In this document: positions 37,529 through 48,641 of the stretch, piece after piece | Numbering within the stretch: position 1 is the stretch's first letter | Layout of the letters: every line of letters starts with the position of its first letter | Assembly: GCA_963749075.1 (NCBI GenBank) | Contig: CAVVLJ010000020.1 | Span: 288,001-352,000, forward strand | Direction of reading: 5' to 3' | DNA: 64,000 bases | Origin: an uncultured Pseudomonadota bacterium | GTDB lineage: Bacteria; Pseudomonadota; Alphaproteobacteria; JACZXZ01 | The notes under the pieces: generated by a model | The model's input: only the letters and a program-made list of their open reading frames with translations | What the model was told of the DNA's origin: nothing | Database searches by the model: none | Program-made: the position numbers and the translations under genes

Positions 37529-38260
37529 CTATGTCCCTTGCTCCATGCCCAGCGCCAAAAGCCGCCGGCAGGCGCCCTCGGTGCGGCGCTCGAGCTCGGC
37601 TAAGAAGGCCTTGCGCGAGAGGCCCGGTGCGATGGCGGGGAGGAACTCGACGGTCATGAGGCCGGGCTTCTTGAGGAAGCTGCGGCGGCCCCAGAAGAGG
37701 CCGGAGTTGAGCGCGACGGGGATGACCGGGAGTTCGAGCTGGCCGTAGAGCGCCGCCACGCCGGGGTGGTAGGGGCGGTGCTGGCCCGGGGCCACGCGCG
37801 TGCCCTCGGGGAAGATCGCGAGCGGCCGCCCGCCCGCAAGCGCCCGGCGGGCGTTCCGCAGCATCGCCTTGAGCGCGGCGGCCCCGCCGCGCCGGTCGAT
37901 GGCGATCTGCTCGGTCTTCCACAGATACCAGCCGAAGAGCGGGATGAAGAGCAGCTCGCGCTTGAGGATGATGGCCGGATCCTCGAGGAGGAGCGGCAGG
38001 AGGAGCGTGTCCCAGGCGGACTGGTGCTTGAAGGCGTAGATGGCGGCACCCTTGCGCCGCGCGTTGCCGCCCTCGCCGCGCACCTGGTAGCGGAGACCTA
38101 CGAGGACGGCGAGGAGACCTGCGATGCCGCGCGCCCACAGCCAGCCCAGGCGCACGAGGACGATGCGCGGCATGACGAGCGCCGGCAGGGCGAGGATGCA
38201 GGCGAGCGCCGTCCAGCCGAAGAAGGCGCAGTTGAAGAGGAGCGAGCGCAGTGCCGCCAT
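37529..38260 (-). CDS. plsC: 1-acyl-sn-glycerol-3-phosphate acyltransferase
   Basis: KHQSAWD, FPEGTR, NSGLFW. Confidence 0.9.
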   Translation of the reverse strand: MAALRSLLFNCAFFGWTALACILALPALVMPRIVLVRLGWLWARGIAGLLAVLVGLRYQVRGEGGNARRKGAAIYAFKHQSAWDTLLLPLLLEDPAIILKRELLFIPLFGWYLWKTEQIAIDRRGGAAALKAMLRNARRALAGGRPLAIFPEGTRVAPGQHRPYHPGVAALYGQLELPVIPVALNSGLFWGRRSFLKKPGLMTVEFLPAIAPGLSRKAFLAELERRTEGACRRLLALGMEQGT

Positions 38261-38268
38261 GCGGGCGC

Positions 38269-39153
38269 TCACACCATGCGGGCGAGCGACGCCAGCACCG
38301 TGGCGCGCGCCGTGATCATGGCAATGATCGCCATGGCGAGCGGCAGGATGAGGAGTGCCGCCCATTGCCAGGGCTCGAGCGAGAGCACGGGCAGCAGGCT
38401 GCCGCTCTCGGGACCCGCGAAATAGCGCGCGGCGAGGAGCGTCGCCGCGGCACCCGCGAGGCCGGCGAGGCTGCCGCGCAGGGCTATGGCAAGGGCATGG
38501 GCCTGGAACTGGCGCGCCACGTAGGAGTCCTGGGCGCCGATCAGGTGCATCACCTCGATGACGTTGTGGTGGATGGCGAGCGCCGTGCGCGTGCTGAACA
38601 CGGTCACCGCGGCGGCGGCGGCGGCGATGAGGGCGAGGATGATCGCGGCCACGAGCTCGACCGAGCGGCCCAAGAGGATGAGCTCGTTGAGCCAGCGCTG
38701 GTGGTCGTCGAGCACCGTCCCCGGCACCGCATCCGCGAGGCGTGCTGAGAGTGCCGCAAGATCGAGCCTGTTGCCGGGCTCGAGCCGCACGTCGACGAGG
38801 ATGGGAAGCGGCAGCTCCTTGAGGTCGGCGGCACCTAGCCAGGGCTCGAGCAGCTTCGCCACCGCGGCGTCGCTCAGCACCTCGGCGTGGGCGATGCCCG
38901 GCGTGCCGAGGAGGAGCGCCATGGTGCTGGCCACGCGCAGCTCGCGCAGCTTGGGGTCGGGATCGTCGGACGGCTTGATCTCGACGGTGAGCGAGCCGGC
39001 GAGGCCCTGGCTCCAACGCTCGATGGCGCTTTGGGCGACGAGCGCTCCGGCCAGCGCCAGGCTCGCGAGATAGACCATGAGGGCGATGATCCAGGGGATG
39101 AAGCGGCCCAATTCGTCGCCCTCGAGCGGCACGTCGGAGCGGCGGCGCAGCAT
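38269..39153 (-). CDS. ftsX: cell division permease
   Basis: Four-TM pattern, DDH..W, LIGA.DSY; follows ftsE. Confidence 0.9.
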   Translation of the reverse strand: MLRRRSDVPLEGDELGRFIPWIIALMVYLASLALAGALVAQSAIERWSQGLAGSLTVEIKPSDDPDPKLRELRVASTMALLLGTPGIAHAEVLSDAAVAKLLEPWLGAADLKELPLPILVDVRLEPGNRLDLAALSARLADAVPGTVLDDHQRWLNELILLGRSVELVAAIILALIAAAAAAVTVFSTRTALAIHHNVIEVMHLIGAQDSYVARQFQAHALAIALRGSLAGLAGAAATLLAARYFAGPESGSLLPVLSLEPWQWAALLILPLAMAIIAMITARATVLASLARMV

Positions 39154-39155
39154 GC

Positions 39156-39854
39156 TCAGGCGACCGTGCGGCGGCTCGTCTCGACGCGCATGAGCTCGCC
39201 GTCCTCGAGATGGAGGACCGTGTGGCCGAAGCGCTCCACCAGGCTCTCGTTGTGCGTCGCGATCACCACCGTGGTGCCGAGCTTGTTGAGCTCGTCGAAG
39301 AGATAGAGCAGGCGCACCGCGAGCTCGTCGTCGACGTTGCCCGTGGGCTCGTCGGCGAGCAGCAGCGAGGGGCGGTTGATCACGGCGCGCGCGATGGCGA
39401 CGCGCTGCTGCTGGCCGCCGGAGAGCGTGGTCGGCGTCGCCTCGATGTGCTCGGCCAAACCCACCCAGGCGAGGAGCTCGGCCACGTGCTCGCGCACCTG
39501 GTCGTCGTTGGCGCCGGCGACGCGCAAGGGGAGCGCTACGTTGTCGAGTGCGGAGAGATGGTCGATGAGGCGGAAGTCCTGGAACACCACGCCGATGCGC
39601 CGGCGCAGCGCCGGCATCTCGCGGCGGTCGGTGGTGGCGATGTCGCGGCCGAAGAGGTTGATGAGCCCGCGCGAGGGCCGGTGCGCCAGATACATGAGCT
39701 TGAGGAGCGAGGACTTGCCCGCACCGCTCGGCCCGGTGAGGAAATGGAAGGAGCCCGCGGGCAGCGTGAAGCTCACGTCGCGCAGGACCTCGGGCCCCAT
39801 GCCGTAGCGCATGCCGACGTTCTCGAAGCGGACGACCGCGGGCTTCTGGTCCAT
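39156..39854 (-). CDS. ftsE: cell division ATP-binding protein
   Basis: [33 protein letters not shown]. Confidence 0.95.
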   Translation of the reverse strand: MDQKPAVVRFENVGMRYGMGPEVLRDVSFTLPAGSFHFLTGPSGAGKSSLLKLMYLAHRPSRGLINLFGRDIATTDRREMPALRRRIGVVFQDFRLIDHLSALDNVALPLRVAGANDDQVREHVAELLAWVGLAEHIEATPTTLSGGQQQRVAIARAVINRPSLLLADEPTGNVDDELAVRLLYLFDELNKLGTTVVIATHNESLVERFGHTVLHLEDGELMRVETSRRTVA

Positions 39855-40045
39855 GACGCTGGAATGGCTCTCGAGGGCGGCGGAGGCAAGCATGGCACGG
39901 CGGGGAAGCGAGGTAAAGCGCGCCGCGGCCGCGATTTTTCGCCCTGCCCGCGGCGTGGCACTTGCTTGCCAGGGGGCCGGCTCAAGCCCTATAAGACACG
40001 CGCGTGACGGGGATTCCGTGGCAAAGGAGCCGATCCGGAGCTGCA

Positions 40046-40751
40046 ATGATCCTGAGCTGCCCCAGCTGTGCGACGCGCTATCTCCTCGACTCCGCCAAGC
40101 TCGGGCCGGAGGGGCGCCTGGTGCGCTGCGCGCGCTGCGGCCATACCTGGCACCAGTCCTCGCCCGAGGGCGTCGCGATCAAGGTCGAGCCGATTCCGCG
40201 CATGGGCGAGGCGGCGGCCGGCGAAGAGCTCGCGGCGTCGCGCACCAGCGAGCTGCGGCCCATTCCTCCCGGCTCGAACCTCCCCGCCTTTCCGCCGCCG
40301 CAGAAGCGCCGCAGCTCGGCGCTCGGCTGGATTCTCCTTCTCCTCGTGCTCGCCGGGCTGGTCTTCGAGGGTTATATCGCGCGCGCGCGCGTGGTCGAGG
40401 CCTGGCCGCCGGCGGCGCGGCTCTACCGGCTGCTCGAACGTCATGCCCGCGCCGCTGGGCGAGAGCCTCAAGATCCGCAACGTCACCACCGTGCGCGCCG
40501 ACGAGGACGGCGTTCCGGTGCTGCGCATCGCGGGCGAGGTGGCGAACGTGAGCCGGCAAAGCATCGACGTGCCGCCGCTCGCCGCCACGCTCAGGGACGC
40601 GCGCCAGCGCAGCGTCCAGCAATGGATCTTCAAGGCGCCCGAGAGCAAGCTCCTGCCGGGCGAGATCAGCAAGTTCTCGACCACCATCAAGAACCCGCCG
40701 AGCGAGGCGACCGACGTGGACGTGGACTTCCTTCCCGGCGGCGGCGGCTGA
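40046..40751 (+). CDS. MJ0042-type zinc-ribbon / DUF3426 membrane protein (ZitP-like), +1 frameshift at ~40437
   Basis: CPSC..VRCARC..W, TM helix, WPPAARLY; second frame carries the periplasmic domain (GEVAN, VPPL). Confidence 0.8.
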
Positions 40752-40796
40752 GGCGCGCGCTGGCGGCGGTATTTGCAATCATCGATGCGCGGTGCA

Positions 40797-40910
40797 CCCC
40801 CCACCCCGACCCTCCCCCTCAAGAGGGGAGGGGAAAGTGCTCGTCTTCGCAACGAAACACCGCTTCCCCAACACCCCCTCCCCCTTGAAGGGGGAGGGTA
40901 GGGCGGGGGT
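40797..40910. repeat. RIME-like inverted pair (CCCTCCCCC..GGGGAGGG family)
   Basis: CCCCACCCCGACCCTCCCCCTCAAGAGGGGAGGG and CCCTCCCCCTTGAAGGGGGAGGGTAGGGCGGGGG between convergent genes. Confidence 0.75.
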
Positions 40911-40936
40911 GATGCTTCTCGCAATGATGATGGGCG

Positions 40937-43408
40937 CTAGAACCGCTGCAGCAGGCGGTCGATGTATTCGCGCTCGAGCTCGGGGCGCTGGCGCTGGCCG
41001 GCGCGGCGCTGGAGCTCCTCCTGGATCTCGCGCGCGCGCTGCACGTCGCCGTGCTCGGGGATCGCCACGTCGTTGGCGTCGAAGGCGCCGAAGCCCGGCA
41101 TGACGCGGCCCAAGGGATCGCGCGAGGGGCCGAAGGCGTCGAGGTCCTCGGGATCGCCCTCCTGGCCGAGCCGGTTGCGCAGGCCCTCGAGCATGGCCTG
41201 GCGGCCCTGGCGCAAGGCCTCGAGCGCCTGGGACTGGGCCTGCACCGCATCGCCGGGCGCATTGCGGCTCAAGGCCTCGACGGCGTCGCGCATGGCGCGC
41301 TCGGCGCGGCCGAGCTGGCCTGGGATATTGCCTGCCATGTCGCCCATGCGGCGCATGATGTCGCCGAGCGCCCGTCTCAGCGCCTCCTGGTCGGCGGCGC
41401 TGTTGCCGTTGCCGGGCTGGCCGAGCGGCATGCCCATGCCGCCCTGCTGCGCGTCGCGGAAGGTGCGCTGCAGGAGGCGGTCCTGCTGGCCGATCAGATC
41501 GTCGAGGCCGCGCATCAAGGCGCTCGCCCCGTTCTGGCCCTGCCCGCCCTGGCCCGCGCGCGCGGCGCGCAGGTTCTCGAGCATGTCCTGCAGCTGGGCG
41601 AGGAGCTGGCGCGCCGCGTCGTGGGCGCCGGTGCGCGCCATCTCGCGCATGCGCTCGATGAGCTTCTGGAGATCGCGGCGCTCGAGCATGCGGGCGTTCC
41701 GGTCGGGCGGCGCCTGGCTCTTCTCGGGATTGCGCAGCTCCTGCTCGGCGAGAGCCTGGAGATAGCGCTCGACGGCGTCCTGGAGGCGGGCGATGAGCTG
41801 CTCGATCTCCTTGTCGGGCGCGTTGCGGTCGAGCGCGTCCTGGAGCTTCTGCTGGAGATCGCGCAGCTCGCGCTCGGCGAGCGAGAGGTGGCCGTCCTCG
41901 ACGGCGAGTGCGGTGTCCCACAGGAGCTGCTGCACGTCGGCGACGGTATCCGGCCGGCCGGAGAGCTCGAGGCGGGTGCGCGCGGCGATGAGCGAGAGGA
42001 AGACGCCGATGTCGCCACCGTAAGCGCCGGGGCGCGCCGCGATGGCGGCGAGGCGCTCCGCCACATCGAGCCGGTCCTGCGGCTCCCTCGTGAGCATCTT
42101 GCGGCTCTCGATGATGGCGCGCGCGACCGGGTGGTTGAAGGTGCGCTCGGGCAGCACCATCTCGACCCGCTCGCTCTTGCCCACTTGTCCGGGCTCGTCC
42201 TGGGCGATGAGCTGGATGGTGACCGGCAGCCCGGCCCAGGGGTGCGGCGTCAGATCTTGGAAGCTCGTCTCGTGCGCCTGCTTGGGGTGGCCGCCGGAGA
42301 GCGGCAGCTCGAGCGTGATCGGCGGCTCGTCTTGCGGCCCCGCAACGCGCCTGATCTCGGCCTTGACCGCGGCGACGCCGTAATCGTCGGAGGCCGCGTA
42401 TTCGAGCCGCAGGGCGGCGCGCAGCGTGCGCGAGGGCGGCACCGCGAAGGCGATCTTGGGCGGCAGGTCGGGCACGATGCGGATCGCCCAGCGCGCGATC
42501 GTGCGGCCGCCCTGCTGAACGGCGAGATGATCGCCGCTGGCGACGCTGTCCTCGAGCTGGTAGGTGGTCTCGTCGACCGCCTTGAAGGGCACCGCGCGCT
42601 CGCCGACGAGGAGGCGGGCGGCACCGGCGCCGCCCTCGAGGCGGGCGAGCACCTTGCTGCCGACCGGCACGCTCACCGGATTGGCGGCTGTGCCGGCGGC
42701 GTCCTTGGCGGCGGGCTTTTGCCCTTCCGCCTCGCCGGCGCGGAGGAAGATCGGCGCCAGGCCGGTGTAGGCCGGCGGGGTGAGCCAGAGCTCGACGCTC
42801 GCCGGCGCGCGCGGCGTCAGCGCGCCGAGCTCGGGGAGGAACGCCTGCGCCAGGCGGCCGGGTGCCTCGCCGCGCGCATCGAGGAGGGAGACCGCGAGAA
42901 GGAGGAGGAGCGCCAGACGCAGCGCCAGCGGATCGCGCGCCGCGAGTCCGGGGCTCGGCAGCGCCAGGCGGATCTTGCCGAGGGCCCGCGCCATGCGCGC
43001 GAGATGGGCGCGCCACAGCGCCTCCGTGAAGGCGTCGCCGCGGCCGACGGCGAGCGTGTCGTCGAGCGCCGTAAGCGGACGGTGCGCGAGCGCGCTGTCG
43101 CGCTCGATGCGGCGCTCGGCCGCGGCCACGCTCGGCGCCTTCAGTCCCTCGAACAGTCGATAGGCCTGCCAGGCGAAGGTGCCGGCAAAGCCCAGGAGGA
43201 TGAGGAGATGGAGCCAGCCGGGCAACAGCGCGAAGAGGCCAAGGAAGGCGAGTGCTGCGAAGAGCCCGGCTATTCCCGTGGCCGGCCAGGCGGCGCGCCA
43301 CAGCCACTCCCAGAGGAGCGCCAGCCGCGCCAGGCCAAGGACGCCGCGACTGAGCGCCGGCAAGTTGCCGGCGGCCGGCGCCCGCTCCTCGGGAGCCTCG
43401 CCCGTCAT
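40937..43408 (-). CDS. TIGR02302/DUF4175 family membrane-anchored coiled-coil protein
   Basis: [40 protein letters not shown]; follows lysA. Confidence 0.88.
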   Translation of the reverse strand: MTGEAPEERAPAAGNLPALSRGVLGLARLALLWEWLWRAAWPATGIAGLFAALAFLGLFALLPGWLHLLILLGFAGTFAWQAYRLFEGLKAPSVAAAERRIERDSALAHRPLTALDDTLAVGRGDAFTEALWRAHLARMARALGKIRLALPSPGLAARDPLALRLALLLLLAVSLLDARGEAPGRLAQAFLPELGALTPRAPASVELWLTPPAYTGLAPIFLRAGEAEGQKPAAKDAAGTAANPVSVPVGSKVLARLEGGAGAARLLVGERAVPFKAVDETTYQLEDSVASGDHLAVQQGGRTIARWAIRIVPDLPPKIAFAVPPSRTLRAALRLEYAASDDYGVAAVKAEIRRVAGPQDEPPITLELPLSGGHPKQAHETSFQDLTPHPWAGLPVTIQLIAQDEPGQVGKSERVEMVLPERTFNHPVARAIIESRKMLTREPQDRLDVAERLAAIAARPGAYGGDIGVFLSLIAARTRLELSGRPDTVADVQQLLWDTALAVEDGHLSLAERELRDLQQKLQDALDRNAPDKEIEQLIARLQDAVERYLQALAEQELRNPEKSQAPPDRNARMLERRDLQKLIERMREMARTGAHDAARQLLAQLQDMLENLRAARAGQGGQGQNGASALMRGLDDLIGQQDRLLQRTFRDAQQGGMGMPLGQPGNGNSAADQEALRRALGDIMRRMGDMAGNIPGQLGRAERAMRDAVEALSRNAPGDAVQAQSQALEALRQGRQAMLEGLRNRLGQEGDPEDLDAFGPSRDPLGRVMPGFGAFDANDVAIPEHGDVQRAREIQEELQRRAGQRQRPELEREYIDRLLQRF

Positions 43409-44701
43409 GCGGCACCCCCGGCCGAGCGCCTGGGCGGCATCGCGAGCCAGCCGGGGAGCTGCTCGCGGCGGAAGAGCTCATCGTAATCGGGCCGCGCCCG
43501 CACCACGGCGTAGCGGCTGCCCTTGACCATCACTTCCGCTGCTGGCAGCCGGCTGTTGTAGGTCGACGCCATGACGGAAGCGTAGGCCCCCGCCGAGCAA
43601 ATGGCAAGAAGGTCGCCGGCTTTGAGCGGCGGCAGCGGCCGCCCGAGCGCGAGGAAATCGCCCGTCTCGCACACCGGCCCCACCACGTCGGCAGGCGCCA
43701 GGAGCGGCGCCCCGCGCGGGCTCGGCCACGGGCTTGATGGCATGGTAGGCGTCGTAGAGCGTGGGGCGGATGAGATCGTTCATGCCCGCGTCGACGATCA
43801 CAAATCGGTGAGCGGCACCTTCCTTCACATAGAGCACGCGCGTCACCAGCACGCCCGCGTTGCCGACGAGGTAGCGACCCGGCTCGAAGGCGAGCTCGAC
43901 GTCGAGCCCGCGCGTGAGCTCCTTCACCAGTGCGGCATAGGATTCGACCGACGGCGGCTGCTCCTCGCGATAAGTGATGCCGAGCCCGCCGCCGAAGTCG
44001 AGGCGCCGGATGTCGTGCCCGTCGGCGCGCAGCGTCCTCAAGAGGCCGACGAGTCGCCGGAAGGCGCGGCGGTAAGGCTGAAGCGTCTCGAGCTGGGAGC
44101 CGATGTGGAGTGCCGCCCCCTGCATGACGAGATTCGGCATCTTGGCGCCGCGGGCATAGAGCTGCCGTGCCTCGGCGAGCGGCACGCCGAACTTGTTCTC
44201 CTTCTTGCCGGTGGTGATCTTGGCATGGGTGCGCGCATCGACGTCGGGATTGATGCGCAGCGCCACCGCGACCGGCCGCCCGAGGCCGCGTGCCAGCTCG
44301 CCCAGAAGCTCGAGCTCGGGCTCCGACTCGACGTTGATCTGGAGGATGCGCGCGTCGAGCGCTGCGGCGAGCTCCGCGCGCGTCTTGCCGACGCCCGAGA
44401 AGATGATGCGGCCGGCGGGGATGCCGGCGGCGAGTGCGGTCAAGAGCTCGCCCTCGGAGACCACGTCGGCGCCGGCCCCCCGCTCCGCCAGAGTGCGCAC
44501 GACGGCGAGCGTCGAGTTGGCCTTGAGCGCATAGCAGACCATGGCCGGCACGCCGGCGAACGCCTCGGCAAAGCGCTCGTAGCCGCGCACGAGTGCCGCC
44601 GTCGAGTAGCAGTAATAGGGCGTTCCCACCTCGGCCGCGATGCGCGCGAGCGCCACGCCCTCGGCCATGAGCTTGCCGCCCTTGTAGGCGAAGTCCGGCA
44701 T
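43405..44701 (-). CDS. lysA: diaminopimelate decarboxylase, +1 frameshift at ~43705
   Basis: YALKAN, HIGSQ, GGGLG, EPGR; VGPVCETGD and GAY..M.S.YN continue in another frame. Confidence 0.9.
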
Positions 44702-44711
44702 CGGGGTCCGC

Positions 44712-44855
44712 CTATTGGTCCTTGGGGTTCGGATACTTGCGCGTGAGAGTATCGGTCTGGCCGGGCGGAATCTCCGGGTCCCCCTTGCGGCCGCAGGCGG
44801 CGAGAGGACCTGCGAGGAGTGACGCGAGCAACAGGGCGAGCAAGACGCGGCTCAT
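44712..44855 (-). CDS. small lipoprotein (LptM/YifL-like)
   Basis: Lipobox LAAC followed by GRKG; ATGA overlap with argH, upstream of lysA. Confidence 0.8.
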   Translation of the reverse strand: MSRVLLALLLASLLAGPLAACGRKGDPEIPPGQTDTLTRKYPNPKDQ

Positions 44856-46273
44856 AGGTAGCGCTCCTTGGCGCGCGCGATGGCGCGGCTGACCTCGCTC
44901 GGCGCCGTGCCGCCCAGGCTCGTCCGGCTCGCGGCCGAGCGCTCGACGCGCAGCACATCGAAGACCTCGGCGCTCACGCGCGGCTCGATGGCGCGCATCT
45001 CGTCGAGGCTGAGCTGGTCGAGCCGGCAGCCGCGCTCCTCGGCGAGGCGCACGAGGCGGCCCGTCGCATGGTGCGCCGCGCGGAAGGGGAGGCCGCGCGC
45101 GCGCACCAACCAATCGGCGAGGTCGGTTGCGGTGATGAAGCCGCCGTCGAGCGCCTTCCGCATCGCCGCCTCGTTGGCCGTCATGTCGCGCACCATGCCT
45201 GCCGCCGCGGCCAGTGCCAGGGCCAGCACGTCGGCCGCCTCGAAGACCGGCACCTTGTCCTCCTGCATGTCCTTGCCGTAGGTGAGCGGCAGGCCCTTCA
45301 TGACGACGAGGAGGCTCGCGAGATCGCCGATCAGCCGGCCGGACTTGGCGCGCACCAGCTCGGCGGCGTCCGGGTTCCTCTTCTGCGGCATGATCGAGCT
45401 GCCGGTGGTGAAGGCGTCCGAGAGTGCGAGGAAGCGGAACTGCTCGCTCGACCACAACACGATCTCCTCGGCAAGGCGCGAGAGATGCACGCCGGCGATG
45501 GCGGCCGAGGCGAGGAACTCGAGCGCGAAGTCGCGGTCGGAGACGGCGTCGATCGAGTTCGCCATCGGCCGCGCGAAGCCGAGTGCGGTGGCCGTCATCT
45601 CGCGGTCGATGGGGAAGGAGGTGCCGGCGAGTGCCGCGGCACCCAGCGGGCATTCGTCGAGCCGCGCGCGGCAGTCGGCAAAGCGGCCGCGGTCACGCCC
45701 GAACATCTCGACGTAGGCCATGAGGTGGTGGCCGAAGGTGACGGGCTGGGCCGGCTGGAGATGGGTGAAGCCGGGCATCAGGGTGGCGGCATGGCGCTCC
45801 GCCTGGCCGAGGAGGGCGGCCTGCAGGTCCTCGAGCGCCGGCTCGAGCGCGTCGATCGCGTCGCGCACCCAGAGCCGGAAGTCGGTCGCCACCTGGTCGT
45901 TGCGCGAGCGCGCGGTGTGGAGGCGGCCGGCCGGCTCGCCGATGAGCTCGAAGAGGCGCTGCTCGACGTTCATGTGGATGTCCTCGAGCGCCTTCGAGAA
46001 GCGGAAGCGGCCGCTCTCGATCTCCGCGCGCACCTGCTCTAGACCGCGGGCGATGGACTGCCCATCTTTCCTCGAGATGATGCCCGTGGCCGCGAGCATG
46101 GCGGCATGGGCCTTGGAGGCGGCGATGTCCTGGGCGTAGAGCCGGCGGTCGACGTCGATCGAGGCGTTGATTTCGCCCATGATGGCGGCCGGACCTGCGG
46201 CGAATTGTCCGCCCCATAGGGGGTTCGCGGCGTCCTTGGTCTGTGCTTTCCTATGCTTGGCCTTGGCGGTCAT
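44852..46273 (-). CDS. argH: argininosuccinate lyase
   Basis: [28 protein letters not shown]. Confidence 0.97.
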   Translation of the reverse strand: MTAKAKHRKAQTKDAANPLWGGQFAAGPAAIMGEINASIDVDRRLYAQDIAASKAHAAMLAATGIISRKDGQSIARGLEQVRAEIESGRFRFSKALEDIHMNVEQRLFELIGEPAGRLHTARSRNDQVATDFRLWVRDAIDALEPALEDLQAALLGQAERHAATLMPGFTHLQPAQPVTFGHHLMAYVEMFGRDRGRFADCRARLDECPLGAAALAGTSFPIDREMTATALGFARPMANSIDAVSDRDFALEFLASAAIAGVHLSRLAEEIVLWSSEQFRFLALSDAFTTGSSIMPQKRNPDAAELVRAKSGRLIGDLASLLVVMKGLPLTYGKDMQEDKVPVFEAADVLALALAAAAGMVRDMTANEAAMRKALDGGFITATDLADWLVRARGLPFRAAHHATGRLVRLAEERGCRLDQLSLDEMRAIEPRVSAEVFDVLRVERSAASRTSLGGTAPSEVSRAIARAKERYL

Positions 46274-46335
46274 GGTCCGGGGTCCTGGGCACGGCGTCCT
46301 GGCGGCTGCCGGGCGCATTGGCGAGAGGTCGAACG

Positions 46336-46989
46336 GTGGCAATAAGGCTCGCGGGACGCTCCATCCTCTCTCTCTTCGCGGCGGCGGTTTTGGGCGGCGG
46401 CGCGCTCTCGCTCGCGGCGCCGGCGCCGGCCGCTCTCGCGGCCGCGGCACAGCACCCGGCCTTCAAGGGCGAGATGGGCGACTTTAGCTATTTCGCGGGC
46501 GCCAAGCCAGTGCCGCCGATCGCCTTCAAGGACGCGGACGGCAAGTCGCTGTCGCTCGCCGACTTCAAGGGCCGCGTCGTGCTGGTCAATTTCTGGGCCA
46601 CCTGGTGCGCCCCCTGCCGCGGCGAGATGACCTCGCTCGACCGCCTCGAGGGGCAGCTCGGCGGCAAGGACTTCATCGTCGTCGACATCTCCCTCGACCG
46701 CCAGGGCAAGGCGGCGGTGGCGCCCTTCCTGATGGAGAACGACCTCACCCACCTAGGCATCTACCTCGACCCCGAGGGCGAGAGCTTCCGCGCGTGGCAG
46801 GGCCAGGGTGTCCCGACCAGCTTCGTCATCGGCCGCGACGGCCTCGCGCGCGGCGTGATGCTCGGCCCGGCGCAGTGGGATTCGCCCGCGGCGCTCGAGC
46901 TCATCAAGTATTTCATCGCCGAGGGGAAGGCGGGCGAGGTGCATGAGACGCGGCGGCTGGCACCGGCCGGCGCCCGGCCGGCAGGCTGA
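46336..46989 (+). CDS. tlpA: TlpA-family thiol:disulfide oxidoreductase
   Basis: [17 protein letters not shown]; divergent from argH; GTG start approximate. Confidence 0.88.
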   Translation: MAIRLAGRSILSLFAAAVLGGGALSLAAPAPAALAAAAQHPAFKGEMGDFSYFAGAKPVPPIAFKDADGKSLSLADFKGRVVLVNFWATWCAPCRGEMTSLDRLEGQLGGKDFIVVDISLDRQGKAAVAPFLMENDLTHLGIYLDPEGESFRAWQGQGVPTSFVIGRDGLARGVMLGPAQWDSPAALELIKYFIAEGKAGEVHETRRLAPAGARPAG

Positions 46990-46992
46990 GCC

Positions 46993-47721
46993 GTGACCGC
47001 CTGGAGCATCTTCCTCGCGACCTTCCTCGCCGCGGGCGTGGAATGGGTCGAGGCCTTCACCATCGTGCTGGCGGTCAGTCTCAGCATCGGCTGGCGCGCC
47101 GCCGCCGGTGCGGCACTCGCGGCACTCGCCCTCCTCGCGGCGCTCACCGCGGCAACGGGCGGCGTTCTGGGCGCTGCCGTGGATGCGAGCTGGCTCAGGG
47201 CCGTGGTCGGCGTGCTGCTGCTGCTCTTCGGCGTGCGCTGGCTCGCCAAGGCCGTGGCCCGGCATGCCGGCCTCAAGGTGCTGCACGACGAGGACGCGGA
47301 GTTCGCGGATGCGCAGGCGCTCCTCGCGCGCGGCGACCGCCATGCCGCCTGGCTCGTCGCCTTCAAGGGCGTGCTGCTCGAGGGACTCGAGGTGTGGCTC
47401 ATCGTGGTGGCGCTCGGCGTGCGGGAGCGCGAGACGCTCGCCGCCGCGGGAGCGGCGCTCGCCGCCCTCGTCCTGGTGGCCGCGGCGGGATGTCTCGTGC
47501 AGGCGCCGCTCAGGCGGGTGCCGGAGAACGCCGTCAAGCTCACGGTCGGCGCCATGATCGTCGCCTTCGGCACCTTCTGGACCCACGAGGCGATCGGCGG
47601 TGCCGCGGCCTGGCCGTGGGGCGATTGGAGCCTGCCCGCGCTCGCCGCCTTCTATCTTGCCGGCGGGCTCGCCGTGGCCGCGGGCCTCAAGCGCCGGCAC
47701 GCGGGAGCGCTCGTCCAATGA
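46993..47721 (+). CDS. COG4280-like membrane protein
   Basis: VEWVEAFTIVLAV and LLEGLEV repeats, VPENAVK, FGTFW. Confidence 0.75.
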   Translation: MTAWSIFLATFLAAGVEWVEAFTIVLAVSLSIGWRAAAGAALAALALLAALTAATGGVLGAAVDASWLRAVVGVLLLLFGVRWLAKAVARHAGLKVLHDEDAEFADAQALLARGDRHAAWLVAFKGVLLEGLEVWLIVVALGVRERETLAAAGAALAALVLVAAAGCLVQAPLRRVPENAVKLTVGAMIVAFGTFWTHEAIGGAAAWPWGDWSLPALAAFYLAGGLAVAAGLKRRHAGALVQ

Positions 47722-47885
47722 CGGCGCTCCTCAAGGTCCTCTTCGGCGACTTGCGAAACGTCGCGGTCGTGGCATTCGCCGTGGCGCTCGACGCGGCGCT
47801 CGTGGCGGGCGGCTACGATGCCGCCGCCGCACTCCTGGTGCCGCCTGTCCTCCTCCTCGGCGTCGGCTGGCTCGCTGCGGAATGA
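47718..47885 (+). CDS. small two-helix membrane protein (55 aa)
   Basis: ATGA overlap with the upstream gene; MTALLKVLFGD.., hydrophobic throughout. Confidence 0.6.
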   Translation: MTALLKVLFGDLRNVAVVAFAVALDAALVAGGYDAAAALLVPPVLLLGVGWLAAE

Positions 47886-47901
47886 GCAGCGCCGCGGCGG
47901 C

Positions 47902-48279
47902 TCACGCCCAGAGGATGGGAACGCCGTAGGGCTCGAGCCGGCGGTCGCGGCTGACGAGGACGAGGCCCTCGAGTTGCGCCTGCGCCACCAGCATGCGGTC
48001 GAACGGGTCGCGGTGGTGAAGCGGCAAGGCGCCGGCGGCGAGCGCGTGGGCCATGGTGATGTCGAGGGGGAGGAATTCGTGGGACTTCATCGCCCCCGCG
48101 ATATCCGGTACCGGCGGCAAGCGTCCAAGGGCGGCCTTGATCGAGATTTCCCAGACCGATGCCACGCTCAGCAGGGCCGCATCCGCGCGAGGTGCGATGG
48201 CCGTACGCGCCGCCTCGCTGATTTGGCCGGGATTACCGATCCACCAGAGGAAGACGTGGGTATCGAGCAGCAGCCTCAG
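47902..48279 (-). CDS. vapC: PIN-domain toxin
   Basis: LLLDTH, SVWEISIK, HRDPFDRML, SRD; apparent CTG start overlapping the antitoxin stop. Confidence 0.9.
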   Translation of the reverse strand: MRLLLDTHVFLWWIGNPGQISEAARTAIAPRADAALLSVASVWEISIKAALGRLPPVPDIAGAMKSHEFLPLDITMAHALAAGALPLHHRDPFDRMLVAQAQLEGLVLVSRDRRLEPYGVPILWA

Positions 48280-48521
48280 CTCTCGTCCCCCTCGAACAGC
48301 TTCAGTATTTCTTCGGGCAGCGGATCGTCGAAATCGTCTGGAATTTCGATTTTGCCTTTCCATAGGCCCATCGGGCGCGTCCCCGTCTGCGCGGGCAGGG
48401 GAACGAGCTTGGCGCGCGGTTGGCCGGCCTTGGCGATGACGATCTCCTCGCCCTTCGCCGCGCGCTCGACGAGCTCGGAGAGCTTCGTCTTGGCCTCGTA
48501 GATGTTGACCGTCGTCGCCAT
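48276..48521 (-). CDS. Phd/YefM-family antitoxin
   Basis: NIYEAKTKLSELV..GEEIVIAKAG.P.AKL, DDFDDPLP. Confidence 0.9.
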   Translation of the reverse strand: MATTVNIYEAKTKLSELVERAAKGEEIVIAKAGQPRAKLVPLPAQTGTRPMGLWKGKIEIPDDFDDPLPEEILKLFEGDES

Positions 48522-48530
48522 GGCACGTCC

Positions 48531-48583
48531 TTGGTCAAGTTGGTCAAGGATAGGCCGTGCCCGGCGTTTGGTCAAGTTGGTCA
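48531..48583. promoter_or_regulatory. duplicated operator of the toxin-antitoxin pair
   Basis: TTGGTCAAGTTGGTCA exact at 48531-48546 and 48568-48583. Confidence 0.65.
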
Positions 48584-48641
48584 GACGGCAGGCCCAAGAG
48601 CCCGCCGAACGCCGCGGTGGTGGCGGACGGGAAAAGCCGGC

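Noticed and set aside
48531-48583. Direct repeats as a mini CRISPR array
   Set aside because: Only two 16-bp copies, no cas genes, and located in a toxin-antitoxin promoter
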